Source: a virus
Lineage: Duplodnaviria > Heunggongvirae > Uroviricota > Caudoviricetes
Direction: 5' to 3' (one strand)
DNA length: 25,376 nt
IMG/VR virus record: IMGVR_UViG_648276644_000006
Under the pieces are notes generated by a model, which saw only the letters and a program-made list of their open reading frames with translations, was not told the DNA's origin and did not search any database. Numbering within the stretch: the first letter of the stretch is position 1; every line of letters begins with the position of its first letter. This document shows positions 8,747 through 16,332 of this stretch, piece by piece. The position numbers were made by a program, and so were the translations under genes.

Positions 8747-8935
8747 ATGCAGGACTATTTTTTGGAGTCTTTGAAGCTCCAGCGCATTGATTTTTTTCTT
8801 AAGCTTGTAGCGGCTAGTGAGTGTAGTGATGAAGAGAAGGGGCTGGCTTTGCAGTGGGTTTCTGAACTAACAGATGAACTCATGGCAAAAATCAGAACCC
8901 ACGAATACAACCGCTCAATGGATGTCATCAGTTGA
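8747..8935 (+). CDS. Small SOS-regulated hypothetical protein, 62 aa (possible Tum-like antirepressor position)
   Basis: Strong AGGAGGA Shine-Dalgarno 4-6 nt upstream of ATG 8747, downstream of the LexA box; the longer 96-aa ORF from 8645 would start upstream of the box and is less likely. Confidence 0.45.
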   Translation: MQDYFLESLKLQRIDFFLKLVAASECSDEEKGLALQWVSELTDELMAKIRTHEYNRSMDVIS

Positions 8936-8945
8936 GGTGACTTTT

Positions 8946-9179
8946 ATGCGCATTGAAATAATGATCGATAAAGAGCAGAAGATTAGCCAGTCTATCCTGG
9001 ACGCCCTTGAATCCGAGCTTTACCGCAATCTGCGCCCCCTGTATCCCAAAACGGTAATCCGTATCCGTAAAGGTAGCTCTAACGGTGTGGAACTTACCGG
9101 ACTGCAACTGGACGAAGAAAGAAAACAAGTGATGAAAATTATGCAGAAAGTGTGGGAAGACGACAGCTGGCTGCATTAA
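8946..9179 (+). CDS. DinI-family protein (SOS-response modulator of RecA), 77 aa
   Basis: MRIEIMIDKEQKISQSILDALESELYRNL ... VWEDDSWL resembles DinI/MsgA (MRIEV..., acidic WxxxDxW tail); GAGGTG Shine-Dalgarno before ATG 8946. Confidence 0.8.
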   Translation: MRIEIMIDKEQKISQSILDALESELYRNLRPLYPKTVIRIRKGSSNGVELTGLQLDEERKQVMKIMQKVWEDDSWLH

Positions 9180-9371
9180 GAAACGTTGCCCCCAAGAGGA
9201 TTCATTCGAATGGGGGCTAGTTTGGGCAATGAGTGAAATAAGGCGTAAGGCGTAAGGTGGGGGGGCATTTTGATAAATGATCGTCCGCTTTGTGCCAGAA
9301 GCGAACGTTTCTTCTGCTATCTTTCGTCAATTAACGAATGGCAGACTAATTTGCAACGGATAATCTGAATT

Positions 9372-9399
9372 TTGTAAGATTATGGGTATTCCTATAATA
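9372..9399 (+). promoter_or_regulatory. Putative sigma70 promoter for the KAP NTPase gene: -35 TTGTAA, 16-bp spacer, -10 TATAAT
   Basis: Perfect -10 hexamer at 9394-9399 with a 4/6 -35 at 9372-9377, about 100 bp upstream of the first in-frame ATG of the KAP gene. Confidence 0.35.
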
Positions 9400-9507
9400 T
9401 TTACCAATAATAACCTTACAATGTACACTACCTATTGAATTTTCCATAGTTGGCCTTTGGCTCTACTTACCATCTATGTTTATGTATTTTATCAAAATGG
9501 ACTAAAA

Positions 9508-11400
9508 ATGCACAATACGTACATCAAAGACTATATAGAATATTACCTTAGCCTTAAAACTGAACCTCAATACGCCATTATGCTTAAAGGTGCTTGGGGA
9601 TCAGGTAAAACTTGGTTCATTGAACGAGTTCTTGAAGAATATAAGCAAAAGCATTCAGAGTTCAAATTTCTTAAAGTGAGTTTGTATGGCGTCAACTCTA
9701 TTGAGCAGATTGAAGATGAGTTCTATCGTCAACTTCATCCTATTCTATCAAACAAAGCCCTTATCTTTGGTGCAAATGTACTAAAAAATACGCTTAAGGC
9801 TACTTTCAAGATCGATTTCAATGGCGATAATAAGTCTGACGTAGATGTCAATGCCAGTGTCCCCACCATTAATCTTAGCGACTTTAGCAGAGAACCAGAT
9901 GGTTTTGTGCTGGTCTTTGATGATATCGAGAGAGCTGGTATAGATTTACCAATCTTATTTGGATATATAAATCACTTTGTAGAAGTAAACGGATACAAAG
10001 CGATCCTGGTTGCCAATGAAGAAGAAATAATCAACAGAGAAAAGCGAATAAATAATGATGATGAGAAATCTAGCAGTGAATACATAAGAACAAAAGAAAA
10101 GCTTGTAGGTAAAACATTTGAAGTAACGTCAGATTTACCTAGTGCTTGTAATGTTTTCTTGGGCGTAATTAGTAGTTTACACGTAGCTAATATATTTAAA
10201 GAAGATATGCAGACCATAGAACACCTCTATGTGTCGGCGAAATATAATAATCTAAGACATTTGAGGCAGTTCTTTCTTGATGTACAACGCATCATTTCCC
10301 TTTTGGGAGATAAATATGTCAGCAACGACGATTTTATGAAAGTATTTTTCCAGCAGTTATTAATTTTCTCGATGGAGTACCGGGGAGGGAACCTTAACTA
10401 CGAGGATTTCAATTCAATCGGCAATGTAAATTATAGTATGTTTTTAGATAAAGGGCGTACCAAAACTAAGTATGACATGATCGTCGAGAAATATTCATCA
10501 CCTGTATTAACCGAGACGTTACTGGATGGTGCGTACTGGAGAGAGCTAATCTGTGATGGAAAGGTAACGCATGATCTTCTCGCTCAGCTGGATATTACGC
10601 GATTTTTTAGAAGCACCGATGCCCAAGCATGGGAGTATTTGTGGAACTATCGAGAACTTAATGAAACTATGCTTAATGAACAGTACGCCATTGCCAAGGA
10701 TAATCTATTTTCAGGTAAGATCACTTCCTTAGGTGAACTCCTGATGACCGCGAGTATTTTGCTGGCATTGGCGAAAGAAGGTTTAACCACAGATGCTGTT
10801 GATGACATTATAAATGAGACAAAACATCATATAGATATTTATTACAATGGATTAGGACCTGAAGATATACATCAGGAGTATGCGCAAAGACATTATAATG
10901 AGTTAATGGCATGGCGTGGCTTTGGTTTTCTTGACAGGGATAGCGATGAATTCAAACTCATTATTGAGCATATTAAGATAGCGCAGAAGAAACGGTTTGA
11001 TGAATCAATTCCGGAGTTTGCATTGAAGTTCAGCGATGAGTTGCAAAGAGGGAATTTATCGTTTGTATCTGAATTGTGTCATTCTAATAATAGGCAGCTA
11101 AATCTTCATAACGTGCCTTTTTTACACTTGGTTTCTCCTGAAGTTTTCATTGAAAGCTATAGGAAACTTGACCCAATCATCATGAGGAAACTGGCATTTA
11201 GCTTGAGGGATCGTTATTCTGATAGGGATGCCAGAACCAGACTGACCGAAGAATACAACTGGTTGATTAGCCTAAAAGAGATAGCTGTAGATTTCACTCA
11301 AAACGCAGCCAATAACTCCTTTCAGGTTTTTCATGTAAAGTTTTTTATTGACTATGCACTAACTAATGCAATCAAATTATTTACTGAGGGAACTGATTAA
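9508..11400 (+). CDS. KAP-family P-loop NTPase, about 630 aa (start uncertain; an alternative TTG lies at 9457); candidate defence/cargo gene
   Basis: N-terminal Walker A in the KAP-type form GAWGSGKT (LKGAWGSGKTWFIERV); a hydrophobic stretch followed by two acidic residues (FVLVFDDIERAG), Walker B-like; large size; gene and flanks are conspicuously AT-rich compared with the phage backbone. Confidence 0.65.
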   Translation: MHNTYIKDYIEYYLSLKTEPQYAIMLKGAWGSGKTWFIERVLEEYKQKHSEFKFLKVSLYGVNSIEQIEDEFYRQLHPILSNKALIFGANVLKNTLKATFKIDFNGDNKSDVDVNASVPTINLSDFSREPDGFVLVFDDIERAGIDLPILFGYINHFVEVNGYKAILVANEEEIINREKRINNDDEKSSSEYIRTKEKLVGKTFEVTSDLPSACNVFLGVISSLHVANIFKEDMQTIEHLYVSAKYNNLRHLRQFFLDVQRIISLLGDKYVSNDDFMKVFFQQLLIFSMEYRGGNLNYEDFNSIGNVNYSMFLDKGRTKTKYDMIVEKYSSPVLTETLLDGAYWRELICDGKVTHDLLAQLDITRFFRSTDAQAWEYLWNYRELNETMLNEQYAIAKDNLFSGKITSLGELLMTASILLALAKEGLTTDAVDDIINETKHHIDIYYNGLGPEDIHQEYAQRHYNELMAWRGFGFLDRDSDEFKLIIEHIKIAQKKRFDESIPEFALKFSDELQRGNLSFVSELCHSNNRQLNLHNVPFLHLVSPEVFIESYRKLDPIIMRKLAFSLRDRYSDRDARTRLTEEYNWLISLKEIAVDFTQNAANNSFQVFHVKFFIDYALTNAIKLFTEGTD

Positions 11401-11462
11401 CATTTTGTTGATTAACATAGGTAATATTATTAGAAGTACTAGACATGGTCAGTAAAATTATT

Positions 11463-11490
11463 AAAGTCCGCTTCGCTCGAAGCGGACTTT
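11463..11490. terminator. Hairpin terminator downstream of the KAP NTPase gene (perfect 13-bp inverted repeat)
   Basis: aaagtccgcttcg ct cgaagcggacttt; GC-rich stem with T-rich flanks on both strands, so it could terminate in either direction. Confidence 0.5.
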
Positions 11491-11685
11491 GTGCTTTATA
11501 AAAACGAGAGTTTTGTTTTTCAAGCGGTCATTCGGTTACGGGATTTCACTTCCCCCGTAAGTGCATGACTATGCCGCATGAGATCGCATGATCGTTTGCG
11601 GATCGTTTTTGCTAAGGTCCGCCAGAACTGGCGGGCTTTTGCGTAGATCATGCAGGTGCATGAAAACCACTACATAAAGTGGGCA

Positions 11686-11704
11686 GGCGTGGCGGGGATA
11701 CGAG
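11686..11704 (+). other. cos-like motif (putative cohesive-end site of a P2/186-type genome)
   Basis: GGCGTGGCGGGGATACGAG shares its first 13 nt with the 186 cohesive-end sequence GGCGTGGCGGGGAAAGCAT as I recall it (P2: GGCGAGGCGGGGAAAGCAC); lies in the expected interval between the right-arm cargo and portal gene Q. Confidence 0.3.
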
Positions 11705-11834
11705 CGCGCGCTAACTCTTGGCTTTGTTTCATAATCAAAAATGTGATCATTGAGATTATTCTTAATTTTATGTTTGTCTATGAAATATCATTTCGCTTAA
11801 CATTGTTTGAGTTAGGACTACATGAGAATAAAGA

Positions 11835-12410
11835 ATGCTTTTACCCGTAAGTGTTACATCGTGTGGCTTGTATCACCCCTACTGGCATTTGGGAGAGCGC
11901 AACCCTCATAGCGATGAACTATCAAGGCAGATGATGGATTTTAAGGATGAAAATAATCGTAATCATCAAAGGGCTATTAACCGTTTTTCTCGATTAGCTA
12001 TAGATAAGGTTGGGCGGTTAGTAATCAGAGGTGGCGGTGGGCGTTTTGTTGAGTCTCCTTTTTCGATAGCAGTCGTCCCATCTCACACTGAAGGCAGAAT
12101 TTCACCGGCTTTGATTGAGGTCGCCGAGCGAATCGTAAATGTTCACCGTCGGGGCATTGTTGATTGCTGTTTGGAAAGAACACGCACTGTTCCTAGCGCA
12201 CATCGTGAAGGAGGAGATCGCTCAATTACTGGTCACATGTCTAGTATCAGAGTTAGGGGTGGTAACCTCATGGGGCGAAATGTGTTACTACTAGATGATG
12301 TTAAAACAACAGGCGGTAGTTTGTCTGCGTGTTTTTATTTACTGGAGTCTGCAGGAGCTGGAGTTATAATGCCATTAGCTCTGCTAGAAACTGCAAACTA
12401 TGAGGAGTAG
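11835..12410 (+). CDS. Phosphoribosyltransferase (PRTase) domain protein, ComF-like, 191 aa (start uncertain; in-frame ATGs also at 11931 and 11934)
   Basis: Canonical PRPP-binding loop VLLLDDVKTTGGSLSAC near the C-terminus; glycine-rich loop RGGGGR upstream; stop overlaps the start of the next gene. Confidence 0.7.
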   Translation: MLLPVSVTSCGLYHPYWHLGERNPHSDELSRQMMDFKDENNRNHQRAINRFSRLAIDKVGRLVIRGGGGRFVESPFSIAVVPSHTEGRISPALIEVAERIVNVHRRGIVDCCLERTRTVPSAHREGGDRSITGHMSSIRVRGGNLMGRNVLLLDDVKTTGGSLSACFYLLESAGAGVIMPLALLETANYEE

Positions 12411-13374
12411 CAAAGTGCACTCAGAAGAATTAAAAAATACACTTGGATTAGCTATTCAAATCGGGAAGCTAGCATCTGATCAAAGTGTATTGAAATTCTT
12501 TGAGCTTATTGATTTTGATGTTATTCGTGATATACGCGACTTAACTGAGATGGTTAATAGCCACGGGTTTCTAAAAGATAAAATATCTGAGACTGATTTT
12601 CTAATAGCGAATGCTGAATTGGAGAACCACCATGTTAATGGTGTGGAGCTAATACCATATGGGTCTGAATTCTATCCTCTTAGTTTAGCGTTTACTCCTA
12701 ATCCACCATCAATTCTCTACATAAAAGGGGATAAAAGTATACTAAAAGAATTGCCGGGTGTCGCAATTGTAGGATCCCGTGATACTTCCCCTGCAGGGGA
12801 AGAAATAACGAGGCGAATCACTAATCAGATAGTGTCTGCTGGGTATATTGTTGTAAGTGGGTTAGCAATAGGCACTGATGCGAATGCTCATAAGGCAACG
12901 TTACAAGCAAAAGGAAAAACCATTGCTGTCTTGGCGCATGGTCTTGAGGAGGCTAAGCCGAAGCAAAACAGTCGACTTGCTCAAGAGATTCTGGATAAAG
13001 GTGGTGCATGGATTTCTGAGTATCCTATGGGGCGACCGGCCCAGAAACAATCATTTGTACAAAGAAATCGGATACAAGTTGGATTATCTGCAGGTTCAAT
13101 TTTAATCGAGGCTGCGTTAAATAGCGGAACGATAACTCAAGCTGAGTTTGCAAATAAGGCGAAAAGACCAGTGTTTGCGGTTGTACCTCACCTACCTAAT
13201 AATCCGCTTAATCTTAATTGTGAGGGAACAGTTGATTTAGTTAAGAGCAACATGGCTAGAGCGTTAAAAACAAAACGGGATTATGATGATGTGATTATGA
13301 TCATAAATGAGTCTCGGGAGTATTTGTTAGAGCTAAAATGGCCAGGGAAACAGAGTACATTAGACTTGATTTAA
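12400..13374 (+). CDS. DprA/Smf-like (SLOG/Rossmann-fold DNA-processing protein A family) protein, 324 aa
   Basis: YPLSLAFTPNPPSILYIKGDKSILKELPGVAIVGSRDTSPAGEE ... VVSGLAIGTDANAHKATLQAKGKTIAVLAHGLEE ... QRNRIQVGLSAGSILIEAALNSGTITQAEFANKAKRPVFAV follows the DprA domain pattern (PP-LF-GxxxxL; VAIVGSR; SGxAxGxDxxAH; TIAVLxxGL; RNRI; SGTxxTAxxA). ATG 12400 overlaps the PRTase stop by 11 nt (ATGAGGAGTAG); an alternative GTG at 12415 has a GAGGAG Shine-Dalgarno. Confidence 0.8.
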   Translation: MRSSKVHSEELKNTLGLAIQIGKLASDQSVLKFFELIDFDVIRDIRDLTEMVNSHGFLKDKISETDFLIANAELENHHVNGVELIPYGSEFYPLSLAFTPNPPSILYIKGDKSILKELPGVAIVGSRDTSPAGEEITRRITNQIVSAGYIVVSGLAIGTDANAHKATLQAKGKTIAVLAHGLEEAKPKQNSRLAQEILDKGGAWISEYPMGRPAQKQSFVQRNRIQVGLSAGSILIEAALNSGTITQAEFANKAKRPVFAVVPHLPNNPLNLNCEGTVDLVKSNMARALKTKRDYDDVIMIINESREYLLELKWPGKQSTLDLI

Positions 13375-13375
13375 A

Positions 13376-13392
13376 GCGCCTCTTTTAGAGGC
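13376..13392. terminator. Short hairpin between the convergent DprA-like and portal genes
   Basis: gcctct ttt agaggc inverted repeat between stop codons at 13374 (plus) and 13399 (minus). Confidence 0.35.
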
Positions 13393-13398
13393 ACTTTG

Positions 13399-14424
13399 CT
13401 AAATTTGATATCTCTCGAATTTTATAATTTCTTCACCGCTCCAATGATTAAATTCTTTCATTCTTTTTTGTAATGGTAATAATTCATTTTTCACAAATAC
13501 CTTACTAGCTTTTTCTACATCCCCAAATCCCCCAACATTATTAGGCATTATCCCCATCATCTGTGGCGGAACGCGATGTGCTGCCATCATGTCATCCCGG
13601 CTCACGTTCTTGATATTTAGAAACTCATCCTTCGCCGCAACTTCTGACAAAGGGATGATCTGAAGGCCGTCCTTTTTGCCGTTAGGCGAGTACATAAACA
13701 GGTTGCGGAAGTTACCCGGACCTTTGGCACTTTTCATTGCATTGCGGAGGTTGTTCACGTCCTCCTGGTTCTGCGCAGCATCGGTCATGTACATGATGAA
13801 GCCTGCATGACTACCGTTAATGTAATACTTGCGGCGGAACAGCGTGGCGGACTCATTGAGCAGGGCGGACGGAATGGCAGAAAGATAGCCGGGCAGGCCG
13901 TAGATCTCCTGGTTAATGTCCGGTTCCATCAGATGAAAAATGCTGCCTTTCGTGAACTGATACGGCTGGGTTGTCATACCGTATTGCACAAACCAGTAGG
14001 TATCCAGGTCTAACCCGCGTCGGGTGTATTTTGCCAGAGCAGGCTCAAGGGCGATAACTTCACCGAAGCGGTTCGTGCGTTTCTCCAGGTAGGCGTTACC
14101 AAATACCAGATAGTCCTGCACAAAACGTGAAAAAGCCTGCTGGCTGAGCAGCGGGTGAGGGATGTAGGTACTGGTCAGAATGTTGCATTTTACTGCAATT
14201 GGTGAGCTGTGATGCACGGCAGCGCGGAAGGTTCGTGCCAGTCCGTCAAAGCTGACGGGCGGCTCATACCAGCGGTCCATCTGTACGCATTCCACATAGT
14301 CCAGCAGTTCACGGCGGTCCAGAACAGGAACGGGATCGCCAAAGCTGAATGCTTCGGCTGAAGTCTGGCTTTTATGCTTGAGCTGATTCGTCGCCGCAGC
14401 GCGGTTTTTCTTACTCTTTCCCAT
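13399..14424 (-). CDS. Q: Portal protein (P2 gpQ homologue), 341 aa from ATG (ORF track extends 1 codon to a TTG)
   Basis: Size, position and orientation match P2 Q; translation is portal-like; start ATG overlaps the stop of the terminase gene by 1 nt. Confidence 0.9.
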   Translation of the reverse strand: MGKSKKNRAAATNQLKHKSQTSAEAFSFGDPVPVLDRRELLDYVECVQMDRWYEPPVSFDGLARTFRAAVHHSSPIAVKCNILTSTYIPHPLLSQQAFSRFVQDYLVFGNAYLEKRTNRFGEVIALEPALAKYTRRGLDLDTYWFVQYGMTTQPYQFTKGSIFHLMEPDINQEIYGLPGYLSAIPSALLNESATLFRRKYYINGSHAGFIMYMTDAAQNQEDVNNLRNAMKSAKGPGNFRNLFMYSPNGKKDGLQIIPLSEVAAKDEFLNIKNVSRDDMMAAHRVPPQMMGIMPNNVGGFGDVEKASKVFVKNELLPLQKRMKEFNHWSGEEIIKFERYQI

Positions 14425-16190
14425 CAAAAAATCTCCACAATATTGCTGGTATTGGCGGATTCGCCCTGCAGCGGTTCGTTAAACAGTGCGTGCATCGTTG
14501 CCCAGGCCAGATCGGCGTGGCTGGCTTCTTCGCTGCGGCTGGCTTCATAGGTCGGGCGGTTGCCGCTGGCGGTGGTGGCGCGACGGATTGCCATGAATGA
14601 CTGCGCAATGTCGGTGTGCCCGGCGTCAAACTCCAGACGGCGGTGGCTGATAATGTCGTAGGCCTTGAGTACCAGGGCGTTTTTAACATTGGGGTTGTAG
14701 ACAAACTCCCGGACGGCAGGAAAGAACGCTTTCACGTTCTCATAAACCCCGTGACCAACGCCGGTTGAGTCGATACCGATATAGGTCACGTTGTACTGTT
14801 CGGTGAGTTTTTTGATGGCGTCAGCCTGGGCGCGGAAGTCCATCCCGCGCCACTGGTGACGCTCAAGAATGCGGAACTTACCACCCGGCACGGCTGGCGG
14901 AGCCACCACCACGCATCCGGCACTGTCGCCGTTCTGCGTACCTTTTGCCGGGTCATAACCGATCCACACTTCGCGCCAGCCAAACGGGCGCAGGGCCAGT
15001 GCATGAAAGTCGGTCCAGACTTCCCAGCTGTCCACCATGCACGCCTGCAGTTCGCTGAGCGGGAACACGGACGCGAGATCGTCCACGAACTCGCACATCA
15101 GCAGGTTCTGGTATTCGTCCGGGCTGTACTCCATGCGTAGCTGGTCGAGGTCGAACAGGTTACAGCCGCCGCGCACCGCATCTTCTACGGTGACTATCTG
15201 GCGGTATTGCCCGTCTGCGCACAGCAGGCCGGGGGCCAAATTGCTGTGGGACAGGTCGATGTCCACCTTGTCAGCTTTGTTGCGTCCACGGTTGAACAGC
15301 GCACCGGACCAGAACGGATAAGCACTGTGGGTCAGGCTGGATGGCGTGGAAAAATAGGTTTGTCGCCATTTTTTGTGAATAGCCATCCCGGAAGCCACTT
15401 TGCGCAGCTCCTGGAATTTCGGTATCCAGAAATATTCATCCAGATACAGGTTGCCGTGATAACTCTGGGCCGTGCGGGCATTGGTGCCGAGGAAGTAAAG
15501 CGTGGCTCCGTTAGGAAGCACCATCGGATCGCCTTTTAGCTCCACCTCGACTTCTTTGGCGAAGTCGATGATGTATTGTTTAAAGACGTGGGCCTGAGCC
15601 TTACTGGCAGAAAGGAAAATCTGGTTACGTCCGGTAAGCAGGGCGTCAATCAGGGCTTCACGGGCAAAATAGAAGGTCGCGCCGATCTGGCGTGACTTCA
15701 GCAGGTTGCGGATGCGGTTGGTTTTTCCGGCTTCCCACCAGTGGCGCTGGTAGTTGAACATGGAGGAATGGAAGATTTCTTCCAGCTTCTCAATCTGCTC
15801 ATCGGTGAAAACATTCTTTTCCGGCTGACGGCGTGGGCCTTTATTGCGGTTGGCGACGTTAGGGTTTAAGTCGGCTTCGTTGCCGCCATTGTTAAACTTG
15901 CCGATCCGCGCGTGGCGCTCAGACTGGCGCGCCAGCAGGTCAATCTCTTTGAAATCTTTCCCTTCTTTGTGCTCCTTCATAATGAGCTGGCAGTAGCGTG
16001 CGGCGGTGGTGAGCTGCATCTGATCCAGCGGCCCATAGTCACCCCACTTGTCGCGTTTTTTCCAGCTGTGAACGGTTGCAACTTTCTCGCCCAGCATTTC
16101 AGCAATGCGGGCTACGCGGTATCCCTGAAAGTACAGCAGCATGGCCTGCCGACGGGGATCGAGATCTGCGGGTGTCAGTGTGGTGTTCAT
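14424..16190 (-). CDS. P: Terminase large (ATPase) subunit (P2 gpP homologue), 588 aa
   Basis: Length matches P2 P (590 aa); leftward Q-P pair divergent from the O-N-M-L operon, as in P2. Confidence 0.9.
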   Translation of the reverse strand: MNTTLTPADLDPRRQAMLLYFQGYRVARIAEMLGEKVATVHSWKKRDKWGDYGPLDQMQLTTAARYCQLIMKEHKEGKDFKEIDLLARQSERHARIGKFNNGGNEADLNPNVANRNKGPRRQPEKNVFTDEQIEKLEEIFHSSMFNYQRHWWEAGKTNRIRNLLKSRQIGATFYFAREALIDALLTGRNQIFLSASKAQAHVFKQYIIDFAKEVEVELKGDPMVLPNGATLYFLGTNARTAQSYHGNLYLDEYFWIPKFQELRKVASGMAIHKKWRQTYFSTPSSLTHSAYPFWSGALFNRGRNKADKVDIDLSHSNLAPGLLCADGQYRQIVTVEDAVRGGCNLFDLDQLRMEYSPDEYQNLLMCEFVDDLASVFPLSELQACMVDSWEVWTDFHALALRPFGWREVWIGYDPAKGTQNGDSAGCVVVAPPAVPGGKFRILERHQWRGMDFRAQADAIKKLTEQYNVTYIGIDSTGVGHGVYENVKAFFPAVREFVYNPNVKNALVLKAYDIISHRRLEFDAGHTDIAQSFMAIRRATTASGNRPTYEASRSEEASHADLAWATMHALFNEPLQGESANTSNIVEIF

Positions 16191-16236
16191 GGCACAAACC
16201 TACAGCCTTGAATGACGGCTTTCCCCGCCTGCGGTT

Positions 16237-16254
16237 TGTGTGGTTGTCGGTACA
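16237..16254. promoter_or_regulatory. Late-promoter activator site (TGT-N12-ACA dyad, Ogr/B/Delta type) in the P-O divergent intergenic region
   Basis: TGTgtggttgtcggtACA; the P2-family late promoter signature, about 87 bp upstream of the O start codon. Confidence 0.45.
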
Positions 16255-16332
16255 AATACCGCGCATTGTTTCACTGCCCCCATCACCGCAACCATAAGGC
16301 TCCAGTAAGTTTTTTCTAACGGAGCACGGCTC

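Noticed and set aside
9230-9270. Tandem aaggcgt aaggcgt aagg followed by a G7 run, considered as a possible binding-site array or insertion scar
   Set aside because: Only two short copies plus a homopolymer; too little to support a repeat feature. It may simply mark the junction between backbone and the AT-rich KAP island.
11650-11850. 66-aa ORF spanning the cos-like motif and the AT-rich leader of the PRTase gene
   Set aside because: No Shine-Dalgarno sequence; it crosses a GC-rich structured non-coding region and the cos-like site; its translation is low complexity. More likely non-coding.
11835-13374. Assignment of the PRTase/DprA-like pair to a specific named toxin-antitoxin or defence family
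   Set aside because: I could not recall the architectures of the named families reliably enough to match them, and no RecQ-like helicase or other partner gene is adjacent, so I left the pair unnamed rather than guess.
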